Origin: Steroidobacteraceae bacterium | Lineage (GTDB): Bacteria > Pseudomonadota > Gammaproteobacteria > Steroidobacterales > Steroidobacteraceae | Reading direction: 5' to 3' | DNA length: 64,000 nt | NCBI GenBank assembly: GCA_035995425.1 | Contig: DASYKM010000173.1 | Coordinates: 101,875 to 165,874 of the forward strand | Shown: positions 43,135 to 51,470 of the stretch, in pieces | Layout of the letters: each line of letters opens with the position of its first letter | Numbering within the stretch: the stretch's first letter is position 1 | Made by a program: the position numbers and the translations under genes | The notes under the pieces: generated by a model | Database searches by the model: none | What the model saw: only the letters and a program-made list of their open reading frames with translations | Told to the model about the DNA's origin: nothing

Positions 43135-44865
43135 ATGGATTGCCGTCGCTTTCAAGTCGCCGCGCTCACGCTGGCCGGCTTGCTCTTCAACATTTCTTCA
43201 CTGCAAGCTGGTCCTTCCGCTTCCGGCCCCAACACAGTTCTCGAGGTGACGGGCGATGGCCTCGCGCGCCTCGATGTATCCCTCACCGCCAAAGGATTGA
43301 AAGAACCGCTCCGGCTCTCGTTCAAGGGAGACGGTGGCTTGATCGTCGGCAGCTTCGCGCTCTCAACCGAAGTCAGCACGAACTACGAGATCACGGCCTT
43401 CAACACCGACGGTAAAGCCACGCACTACGGCAAGGGATCGCTGCCGCGCTTTGTGAACGCGGATCGGCCGCTGGTTCTGCCACTGGCAGCGACGGGCGAG
43501 GGCAGCGGACTCGTGGTCTCGCTGGCGCACGAACGCCTGGCGATCGACGTGAAGCCGGCGGAGAAGGGCGAGTACACGGCGCACTTCAGCGCCTTCGACG
43601 CACTCGGCAATCCAAAGGAACTGGATCCGAAAGACATCCGTTGGGGTCTGTCGGATTCGCGCTATCTCGACATTCAGCAATTCGACAAGTACGACGTCAA
43701 ACTACCGCCGAAAGATCCGCTGCAGGTCTTCGAGCTCTGCTCGCTGACGCCGGAGGTCACCGCCTGCATCCCGAACGGCCACTGCCGCCAGGTCAAGGTC
43801 TGCTCTGATCCGTGGAAGATGATCAGCGCGGGCGGCAACCATACCTGCGGCATCAAGGAGAGCGGTGTCGCGTTCTGCTGGGGCCGGAACCAGGAAGGCG
43901 AGCTGGGCGTGACGACCAACGTCTCCTGCAGCGCCAACACGGCGATCAACGCGCCTTGCTCCCGGCGTCCGCTGCCGGTGGTGTGCCAGCCCGGCGCGCC
44001 GTGCCGCTTCACGCAGATTTCTTCGGGCCAGACGTTTACGGCGGCCATCGACACCAACGGCGACGCCTGGTGGTGGGGCCGCGGCACCGTGGATCATCAC
44101 CGGGTAAACGCGGTGCTCAACGGCGTTCAGGTGAAGTTCTCCTCGGTCGCGGCGGGCTTCGGCCATGCCTGTGCGATCTCGCAGCTGCGCAGCGAAATCT
44201 GGTGCTGGGGTACGAATGCCTTCGGTGAGTCCGGGTTACCGGCGTCTCCGCAAGAAGTCCACTACCTGGCGCCCGCTCGCGTTCTCGTGCCGTTCAAGTT
44301 CAAGAAGGTCGTGGCGGGCGGTGAACACACCTGCGCCATCGGCGACACGGGCGTGGACATCGTGTGCTGGGGACGCGACGACAACAATCAGACCAGCGGC
44401 CCGAGCTCGACCAAGCTCGGTCAGTTCTTCTTCCAGCAGTTCGGCGGACTGATCCAGATCAACGATGTGGCCGCCTCGCAGACGAGCACTTGCGTCACGC
44501 TCGCGGGTACCAACGGCGTGCGCTGCTGGGGCGAACGCGCAACGACGAGCGTGGCTGGATTCGGCGCACCGGATCATCTGACGGTGGGCATCGCGCAGGT
44601 GTGCGCGACCACCGGGCAGGTGGCCAACTGCGTCGGCACTAACAACTGGGCCGAGCTCGGCAACGGTTCGCTCTTGCAGCAGATGGTTCCGGGTCCGGTG
44701 AAAGCACCGCCGCCGCTATACATGGGCATCTCGGCGGGCGACACGCACACCTGCGGCGTCACGCCGACGGGCGAAGCCTATTGCTGGGGCGGCGATCAGT
44801 CGGGCCAGGTCGGCAACGGCACGTCCGGCAACAGCGTGCGCGAGCCAGCGCTGGCGACGCCCTAA
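43135..44865 (+). CDS. secreted RCC1 / BLIP-II-repeat beta-propeller protein
   Basis: Signal peptide. Six to seven repeats carry 'CWG': 'HTCGIKESGVAFCWGRNQEGELG', 'IWCWGTNAFGESG', 'IVCWGRDDNNQTSG', 'VRCWGERA', 'HTCGVTPTGEAYCWGGDQSGQVGNG'. Confidence 0.8.
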   Translation: MDCRRFQVAALTLAGLLFNISSLQAGPSASGPNTVLEVTGDGLARLDVSLTAKGLKEPLRLSFKGDGGLIVGSFALSTEVSTNYEITAFNTDGKATHYGKGSLPRFVNADRPLVLPLAATGEGSGLVVSLAHERLAIDVKPAEKGEYTAHFSAFDALGNPKELDPKDIRWGLSDSRYLDIQQFDKYDVKLPPKDPLQVFELCSLTPEVTACIPNGHCRQVKVCSDPWKMISAGGNHTCGIKESGVAFCWGRNQEGELGVTTNVSCSANTAINAPCSRRPLPVVCQPGAPCRFTQISSGQTFTAAIDTNGDAWWWGRGTVDHHRVNAVLNGVQVKFSSVAAGFGHACAISQLRSEIWCWGTNAFGESGLPASPQEVHYLAPARVLVPFKFKKVVAGGEHTCAIGDTGVDIVCWGRDDNNQTSGPSSTKLGQFFFQQFGGLIQINDVAASQTSTCVTLAGTNGVRCWGERATTSVAGFGAPDHLTVGIAQVCATTGQVANCVGTNNWAELGNGSLLQQMVPGPVKAPPPLYMGISAGDTHTCGVTPTGEAYCWGGDQSGQVGNGTSGNSVREPALATP

Positions 44866-45776
44866 CTGCCCGCGCGCGCGGAAAAGCGAATCGGTATGAG
44901 CTGGGACCCGATTCCGCTGGCGACGAAAACCGCGCGCCGGTTCGAGGTGAGTTTTGCCAGCCAGTCGAAGGTCCCGCCGTCCGCCAGCGCCAGCTCGGCG
45001 CTGTCGGACGCGGTGACCCATAGTTTGTAGCGCAGCCCGGCGGAGTAGTAAGCGTGTTCGAGCGTGGACCGTGAGGCGATGCGCCCGAGCTCCTCCGCCA
45101 CGCGATCGCCGAGCTCCTCGCGCTCGGGCGTCGCGAGCACTTCGACCCGACGCGCGCCGAAGGCGTAACCGAGCTGCTCGAGTCTATCCAGCGCCGCGAG
45201 CATGGTGCGCACCTGCCGCACCAGCGATTCGACAGTGAAGCCGTGGTCTTCGGTCTCGATGCCGCCGCTCGCCAGTGCAAAGAGCCGGAAGTGTTGCGAG
45301 AAACCGGGCGCGGGCCGCGCGGCTTGGACGCGAACCACGCGCTGGCTCGCGGCGAGATCCACCGGTTCGTTTCGATTCGCGCGCAACCGAACCGCGCATT
45401 CGAGCGCGAGCACGTTGGTCGGATCGGCCGCGACCTCGGTCGAGCGCAACGCGGAGAGCACGCGGTTCTGGTCGGTGAGCGCAACAGCCGAGCAGGCGCC
45501 GAGCGGCGCGACGGGCGATAGTTCGATGGCCTCGAAGCCGTCAGCGGCCGCGAATAGCTCGGTATCGACGGCGAGGGCGGCGCGAGGGTCGGCCACCGCC
45601 GGCCGGCAGAACGCGTCGCGCTCGTACTGCGCCAGCACTTCAGCGGGCGAGCGCGCGCCGGCGCGCGTGTGCATGACTTCGAGCAGCAGCGACTGAACCT
45701 CGGAAGGTTTGAGCTTCTGCGACAACAGATCGAACGCTTCAGCGCCGATGAGCTCGGCGATCCAGTCTCGGTTCAT
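44862..45776 (-). CDS. hypothetical protein
   Basis: Coherent 304-aa ORF with ATG and protein-like composition. No motif recognised. Its stop overlaps the RCC1 stop (convergent). Confidence 0.5.
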   Translation of the reverse strand: MNRDWIAELIGAEAFDLLSQKLKPSEVQSLLLEVMHTRAGARSPAEVLAQYERDAFCRPAVADPRAALAVDTELFAAADGFEAIELSPVAPLGACSAVALTDQNRVLSALRSTEVAADPTNVLALECAVRLRANRNEPVDLAASQRVVRVQAARPAPGFSQHFRLFALASGGIETEDHGFTVESLVRQVRTMLAALDRLEQLGYAFGARRVEVLATPEREELGDRVAEELGRIASRSTLEHAYYSAGLRYKLWVTASDSAELALADGGTFDWLAKLTSNRRAVFVASGIGSQLIPIRFSARAGS

Positions 45777-45800
45777 GATGACCGGGACTCTACATTCTTC

Positions 45801-46622
45801 TCACCCATTCAGGAATTTCAGCACATCGTCGGTGACGCGCTTCTTGTCCGTCGCCAGCAGCCCATGCGGCGACCCTTCATATTCAATGAGCTTCGCGTTG
45901 CGGATTCCCTGGTGCGCGGCTCGCGCGGACGCATCGATGGGCACGGTCTTGTCCGCCGTGCCATGAATGATGAGTGTCGGTACCTTGAATGATGCGAGGT
46001 CGGGCCGGAAGTCGGTGCCGGCGAACGACTCCGCGCAGGCGAGCGTGGGCCTCAAGCCCGCTTGCATGGCGACATTCCACGACGCCTGCCGCACTTCGTC
46101 GCTGACCGGACGCGCCATCGTGCCGACGCCGTAGAAGCTCTTGAAGAATTCCGCGAAAAACTTGGCACGGTCTTCCTGCATGGCGGCGCCGAAGCCGTCG
46201 AACATTGTTTGTTCGGTGCCGTTCGGGTTGTCAGGTGTCTTGAGCATGTACGGCACGATGGAGGCGATGAGCCCCGCCTGCGCGATCCCGGCGCCGCTGT
46301 ACTTGCTCATGTAGCGCGCCACCTCGCCGCCGCCCATCGAAAAGCCGATGAGCGAGGCCTCGGACACCTTGCAGGCCTTGAGAACTTCGGCGAGATCATC
46401 GGTGAGCGTGTCGTAGTCGTATCCATTCCAGGGTTGCGCGGACCGGCCGAACCCGCGGCGATCGTAGGCAATGACGCGGTAGCCGGCGTTCGCGAACGCG
46501 AAGGCATGGTCGTCCCATGAGTCGGCGCTCAACGGCCATCCATGCAGCAGGATCACGGGCCGGCCTTTGCCCCAATCCTTGTAATAGAGCTGCGTTTTGT
46601 CGTGCGTCGTCACGTATGGCAT
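45801..46622 (-). CDS. alpha/beta hydrolase (non-haem haloperoxidase / arylesterase-like)
   Basis: Start at MPYVTTHDKTQLYYKDWGKGRPVILLHGWPLS with 'gaggag' upstream. Nucleophile 'GFSMGGG'. 'LIIHGTADKTVP'. Confidence 0.8.
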   Translation of the reverse strand: MPYVTTHDKTQLYYKDWGKGRPVILLHGWPLSADSWDDHAFAFANAGYRVIAYDRRGFGRSAQPWNGYDYDTLTDDLAEVLKACKVSEASLIGFSMGGGEVARYMSKYSGAGIAQAGLIASIVPYMLKTPDNPNGTEQTMFDGFGAAMQEDRAKFFAEFFKSFYGVGTMARPVSDEVRQASWNVAMQAGLRPTLACAESFAGTDFRPDLASFKVPTLIIHGTADKTVPIDASARAAHQGIRNAKLIEYEGSPHGLLATDKKRVTDDVLKFLNG

Positions 46623-46747
46623 GGGCACTCCTCGCTTCACCGAAGTATTCGACGTGCGCGCGTGCCGCCTATACCTGACAACGGCGGTTTCGGGTGTGGG
46701 ATGGCATGAACTTCCGCCCTCTGGCATCGTCTGTCTGGGAGCGGCCG

Positions 46748-47899
46748 ATGAAAAGAAAGCGACTCATATTGCGGATCACGCTGGGCGTCATCGCCCTGGG
46801 CGCCATTGGCTTTGGCGGCTGGATAGTTTCATTGCCCGACGAAAAGGTCGCCGCGGATCTGCCGCGCGTGCCGCCGGAGGAATCCGACACGACGCTCGCG
46901 GCCCTCAAACCACCGAAGCGGCAGCGGCCGATCATCGCGATCATTGGTGCCAACGAAGGCACGGAGACCGTGGACTATCTGATGCCCTTCGGCATCCTGA
47001 AGCGCGCGGACGTGGCGGACGTATTTGCGCTTGCCACCAAGGCCGGGCCCGTAACTCTGTACCCGGTGTTCAAAGTGCAGCCGCAAGCGACGGTCGCGGA
47101 CTTCGACGCGCAGCACCCGGATGGCGCGGATTACGTGATCGTGCCGGCGCTGCAGAATCCCGACGATGCGGCGGTGCTGCAGTGGATCAAGGCGCAGCGC
47201 GAGAAGGGCGCCACGATCATCAGCGTGTGCGCGGGTGCGCTCGTGATCGCGAACGCGGGGTTGCTCGACGGCCACCGCGCGACGACGCACTGGTACTACC
47301 TGAAGGGCCTGCTCAAACAACATCCGTCCATTCAGTACGTACCGAACCGGCGTTTCGTGGTAGATAGGGGCGTGGCGACGACCACGGGCATCACGGCGTC
47401 GATGCCGATGTCGCTCACGTTGATCGAAGCGATCGCCGGCCGCGAGAAAGCGGTCGCGGTGGCCGAGCAGTTAGGCGTGCGTCGCTGGGGCGCGCGCCAC
47501 AACAGCGCGGTGTTCAAGTTCACGCGGCCGTTTGCGTTGACCGCCATGACCAATCGACTGGCGTTCTGGAATCACGAGGAGCTGGGGCTCGAGCTGAAGC
47601 CAGGCGTGGACGAAGTCACGCTCGCGCTCGTCGCCGATGCCTGGTCGCGCACCTATCGCTCGAGCGCCGTGTCGTTCGCCGCGACGACGGCACCCATCGA
47701 AACGCGAAACGGCCTGCGCGTCTTCCCCGCGAGGGCTGCGACGGACTGGCCCGGGACGCGATTGCTGGCGCCGATCGGAACGCTGCCGCCGGCGGACGCG
47801 CTCGACGAAACGCTGCGTCAGATAACACTACGCTATGGCATCGGCACGGCGCGCTTCGTCGCCATGCAGCTGGAATATACGAAGCAAGCCGCGCTGTAA
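46748..47899 (+). CDS. membrane-anchored DJ-1/PfpI-family protein with C-terminal extension
   Basis: Start at MKRKRLILRITLGVIALGAIGFGGWIV (TM anchor). 'DYVIVPAL', nucleophile-elbow-like 'ISVCAGALVIANAGLLDGHRATTHW'. Paralogous to 56726-57850. Confidence 0.7.
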   Translation: MKRKRLILRITLGVIALGAIGFGGWIVSLPDEKVAADLPRVPPEESDTTLAALKPPKRQRPIIAIIGANEGTETVDYLMPFGILKRADVADVFALATKAGPVTLYPVFKVQPQATVADFDAQHPDGADYVIVPALQNPDDAAVLQWIKAQREKGATIISVCAGALVIANAGLLDGHRATTHWYYLKGLLKQHPSIQYVPNRRFVVDRGVATTTGITASMPMSLTLIEAIAGREKAVAVAEQLGVRRWGARHNSAVFKFTRPFALTAMTNRLAFWNHEELGLELKPGVDEVTLALVADAWSRTYRSSAVSFAATTAPIETRNGLRVFPARAATDWPGTRLLAPIGTLPPADALDETLRQITLRYGIGTARFVAMQLEYTKQAAL

Positions 47900-47957
47900 G
47901 GCATCGCTGCCCGATTTTTACAAGACGCCGAATTCCGCCACGGACATACTTGCCGCG

Positions 47958-48452
47958 ATGGAGAGCGCATCCGCGAAAACGCCACGGCTCGTGATCCCCT
48001 GGATAGGGGCCTACTTCATTGCCTCACTCGTCGGCTACACGCTCGCCGTAGCCTCCATCACCGCGCATAACCTTGTGAGGCTCATGCAGGTCGGCGCCCA
48101 CATCAGCGCTGCCGATGCCTTGAGCACGTTTGCATCCGATTTCAAAGGTTTGTCGCCCACCTTCGGCACGATCACCAAGTACGGCAGCATTCTTTTCCTG
48201 GGCTTCGCCATCGCCTTTGCGACGGCCCACGTGCTGTATTTCTTTCTTGCGCCGCGCCTTCGCTCAGCGAGGCTGGCGAGGGGGCTGTTCCCTCTGGCGG
48301 GTGCGACCGGCATGGCGGTGGGCCTTGCGATCCTCAACGCTCAATATGATGTGTCGATGATCGCGGGAACGCGCGGCATCACGGGCCTCGGCATGCAGTA
48401 TGTGGCGGGCGCGATCGCCGGCTGGGTCTTCGTGCGCGGAATCAAGCCATGA
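47958..48452 (+). CDS. small integral membrane protein
   Basis: ATG at 47958. Four or five hydrophobic helices. Its stop overlaps the next ATG (ATGA). Confidence 0.45.
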   Translation: MESASAKTPRLVIPWIGAYFIASLVGYTLAVASITAHNLVRLMQVGAHISAADALSTFASDFKGLSPTFGTITKYGSILFLGFAIAFATAHVLYFFLAPRLRSARLARGLFPLAGATGMAVGLAILNAQYDVSMIAGTRGITGLGMQYVAGAIAGWVFVRGIKP

Positions 48453-49564
48453 TGCGGCCGCTGCGGTGGTTGGCGTGCCTGTGGCTGACCCTCACGCCGG
48501 CGCTCACTCTGGCGCAGAACGTCAAGGTCGACGTACTCACTGACAAGCTCGACGCGCCCTGGGGTCTCGCGCAACTGCCGGATGGCGAAATGTTGCTGAG
48601 CGAACGCAGTGGGGCGTTGTGGCGGCTCGACGCGCGCGGCGTGCGCCTCGCGAAGATCGAGAACGTGCCGGCTGCCTACGTGGAGTCACAGGGTGGCCTC
48701 TTCGACATCGCGCTGCATCCGCAATTCGCGACGAACGCCACGCTCTATCTATCATTTGCCGCGGGCAATCTCGGTCACAACACGCTGCGCGTCGTCAGGG
48801 CGGTGTTGAGGGGCAACCGCCTGACCGATGTGCGCACGGTGTTCGACTCCACGCCGAAGTCGACGGCCGTGCATTACGGCGGTCGCCTGGGCTTCATGAA
48901 AGATGGCACGTTGCTGGTCACCATCGGCGACGGCTATGACGAGCGGTACAACGCGCAACGCCTGGGTGCGCTGCTCGGCAAGGTGGCGCGCATCAACGAT
49001 GACGGCACGGCCCCGCCTGACAACCCTTTCGTGAGGCGCGAAGGCGCGGCGCCCGCGGTCTGGTCGTACGGCCACCGCAATCCTCAAGGGCTGGCGGTCG
49101 ATCCTTTGACCGGCGTCGTCTATCTCAGCGAGCACGGCCCTCAGGGCGGCGATGAGATCAATGTAATCGAGCCGGGCGTGAACTATGGATGGCCGGTCGC
49201 GACTCACGGCATCGACTACACCGGTGGGCGCATCTCGCCGTTCGCAACCTATGAGGGTATGCGCGAGCCGCTGGTGTTCTGGGATCCATCGATTGCACCG
49301 GCTGGCATTGCTGTCTATCGCGGGAACGAATTTCCTGAGTGGAATGGCGATCTCCTCGTCGCGGTCCTCAAGTTCACGCAACTGCGGCGCGTCGACCTGG
49401 AGGGCGGGCGCGTCGTCGGCGAGCATTTCCTGCTGGCAGATCGATCGGCGCGATTCCGCCACGTGCTGATTGCGGCGGACGGCGCGATTCTCGCGCTCGT
49501 TGAATCGGTGGAAGGGAAGGAACGCTCCGGCCAGCTCCTGCGCCTCTCGCGGGCGGCGCCATGA
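48449..49564 (+). CDS. PQQ-dependent soluble sugar (glucose/sorbosone) dehydrogenase, YliI-like
   Basis: Signal peptide. 'GGLFDIALHPQF', 'HYGGRLGF', 'WSYGHRNPQGLA', 'EHGPQGGDEIN', 'NYGWP'. Confidence 0.8.
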   Translation: MMRPLRWLACLWLTLTPALTLAQNVKVDVLTDKLDAPWGLAQLPDGEMLLSERSGALWRLDARGVRLAKIENVPAAYVESQGGLFDIALHPQFATNATLYLSFAAGNLGHNTLRVVRAVLRGNRLTDVRTVFDSTPKSTAVHYGGRLGFMKDGTLLVTIGDGYDERYNAQRLGALLGKVARINDDGTAPPDNPFVRREGAAPAVWSYGHRNPQGLAVDPLTGVVYLSEHGPQGGDEINVIEPGVNYGWPVATHGIDYTGGRISPFATYEGMREPLVFWDPSIAPAGIAVYRGNEFPEWNGDLLVAVLKFTQLRRVDLEGGRVVGEHFLLADRSARFRHVLIAADGAILALVESVEGKERSGQLLRLSRAAP

Positions 49565-50478
49565 GCTGGATCACGCGCTTCGACACTGCGGCGCCTTCAA
49601 ACCTGGATTTCAGAGTGATGGCGCCGTGCGCGCGCCTGCGTCCGTTCGTGCGCTACTACTGGACGCTGAAGAGCCATGGCGATCCACGCGCAACCGACGA
49701 GTACCTCGCGCCGGATGGTTTCGAAGAACTGATCTTCAGCTTCGTGGGACGCTTTCGCCGCACGGAACATGCCGGCGACGTCGAGCGTACGCAGTTTCTC
49801 GATCGCAGCTACGTCGTCGGCTGCAAGACCACGGGCGTCAGTTGCCTGCGGCTCTCCAACCAGGCCATGGTGGGCGTAAAGCTGCGGCCGAATTCACTGT
49901 TCTCACTGCTCGGGTTGTCGTTGAAGGAGCTGCACGGCAGTCCGGTCACCATGGATCAACTGCGGGTTCCGAGGTTGCGCGAGATCGAGGATCGGCTCTT
50001 CGAGGCGCGCAGCGACACGCAGATCAAGCAGGTGCTCGATGAGCTGTTGACTCCCGATGACCTGGGCCGTCGCTCGAGCGCGGTCGTGGGCCTTGCCGTG
50101 GACCGCATCTTCCACGAGCGCGGCGCGGTCGGGGTCGGTGAGATGCTTCGCGACATCGACTGCCACTACCGCACGGCGGCGCGCACCTTCGAGGAGCGCG
50201 TCGGCATTTCGCCGAAGCAGCTCGCCCGGGTGATTCGCTTCAAGCATGCGTTTGCCGCTCTCAAGGCTGCGCGGACCGCTCGCTTCCTGAGCCCCGTGGA
50301 CTTCGGATACTTCGACGCTTCGCATTTCGCCAAGGAATTCCGCCTCTTCACGGGCAAGTCGTCCACGGCGTTCTTTCGCGAACCCGATGCGCTGTCCACG
50401 CGGATCTTCGGGTTCTGTCACGACGTGGACATTCATCGGCTGGACGCGGAGCGCCGGACGCCGATGTTCGCGTTGTGA
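49561..50478 (+). CDS. AraC-family transcriptional regulator
   Basis: ATGA overlap with the dehydrogenase gene. C-terminal HTH_18 'ISPKQLARVIRFKHAF....FGYFDASHFAKEFRLFTG'. Confidence 0.75.
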   Translation: MSWITRFDTAAPSNLDFRVMAPCARLRPFVRYYWTLKSHGDPRATDEYLAPDGFEELIFSFVGRFRRTEHAGDVERTQFLDRSYVVGCKTTGVSCLRLSNQAMVGVKLRPNSLFSLLGLSLKELHGSPVTMDQLRVPRLREIEDRLFEARSDTQIKQVLDELLTPDDLGRRSSAVVGLAVDRIFHERGAVGVGEMLRDIDCHYRTAARTFEERVGISPKQLARVIRFKHAFAALKAARTARFLSPVDFGYFDASHFAKEFRLFTGKSSTAFFREPDALSTRIFGFCHDVDIHRLDAERRTPMFAL

Positions 50479-51377
50479 ACCCGCGCTTCGCACTGCTTTT
50501 CCTTGCGGGCATCGCCAGCGCCGCTCCCGGCATCGATATCGAGGGCGACGACATCTACCCGGAAAGCATCACCTCGACGGCCGATGGCACGGTGATCGTC
50601 GGCAGCGCGAAGCGGACCATCTACCGCGCGCTGGCGGGCGCGACCGTGGCCGTGCCTTGGATCGAACTAGAGGCGGCGAGCCCGCGAAGCGTGTTCGGCG
50701 TGTTTGCCGATGAGCGGGCAGGTGTGCTGTGGGGCTGCACCGCGACGTACGGGCCGTCGGAAACGATCCCGCCACGCTCGGCGCTCTATGGCTTCGATCT
50801 TGCGACCGGAGCGCAGAAGCATCGCTATCCACTGCCGACCGAGGGCGCGCTGTGCAATGACATCGCCGTGGGCCGCGATGGCAGCGTCTATGCGACGGAC
50901 ACTGACAACATGGAAATCGTGCGCCTGGCTCCCGGGAGTGAACGGCTCGAGACCTGGGTGGGCGGCGGCGCTTTCGGTCCAAAGGGGGACGTGCTCGACG
51001 GCATCGCCGTATTGGGCGATCGCGTGATCGTGAACACCCTCGCCACCGGCAAGCTGTTCGCGGTGCGCATCGGCAAGAGTGGCAGCGCCCAACGGGTCAG
51101 GCCAATTCTCCTCGCCCGGCCGATCGAGAAGCCCGACGGCATGCGCGCGATCGGCAGGTCGACGCTGTTGCTGGCGGAAAACGTCGCCCGTGGTCGTGTG
51201 ACTCGTGTGCGAATCCGCGGCGATCGTGCGCGACTCAGTGCGGTTGCAGAGAACCTGCCGCGCGGAGCGGTGGCCGTGACAGCGTCCGGCAACAAGATTT
51301 GGGTCCTGGAGCGTCAACCGACTGAGACGAATGGGAGGCAGCGTCGAGTCCGCGCGGAGCCGATGCTCCTCGAGTGA
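50475..51377 (+). CDS. secreted beta-propeller (SMP-30/gluconolactonase-like) hypothetical protein
   Basis: GTG start overlaps the AraC TGA. Signal peptide. Blade-like 'CNDIAVGRDGSVYATD', 'LDGIAVLGDRVIV'. Confidence 0.5.
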   Translation: MNPRFALLFLAGIASAAPGIDIEGDDIYPESITSTADGTVIVGSAKRTIYRALAGATVAVPWIELEAASPRSVFGVFADERAGVLWGCTATYGPSETIPPRSALYGFDLATGAQKHRYPLPTEGALCNDIAVGRDGSVYATDTDNMEIVRLAPGSERLETWVGGGAFGPKGDVLDGIAVLGDRVIVNTLATGKLFAVRIGKSGSAQRVRPILLARPIEKPDGMRAIGRSTLLLAENVARGRVTRVRIRGDRARLSAVAENLPRGAVAVTASGNKIWVLERQPTETNGRQRRVRAEPMLLE

Positions 51378-51470
51378 TGCAATTGGTCAGGCCAGTTGCG
51401 GCGACTTTGTTGTTATCGGTACCATCCGTCCCTTCCGAAGCACAAATCGGCCTAATCGAGGGGGACTCAC

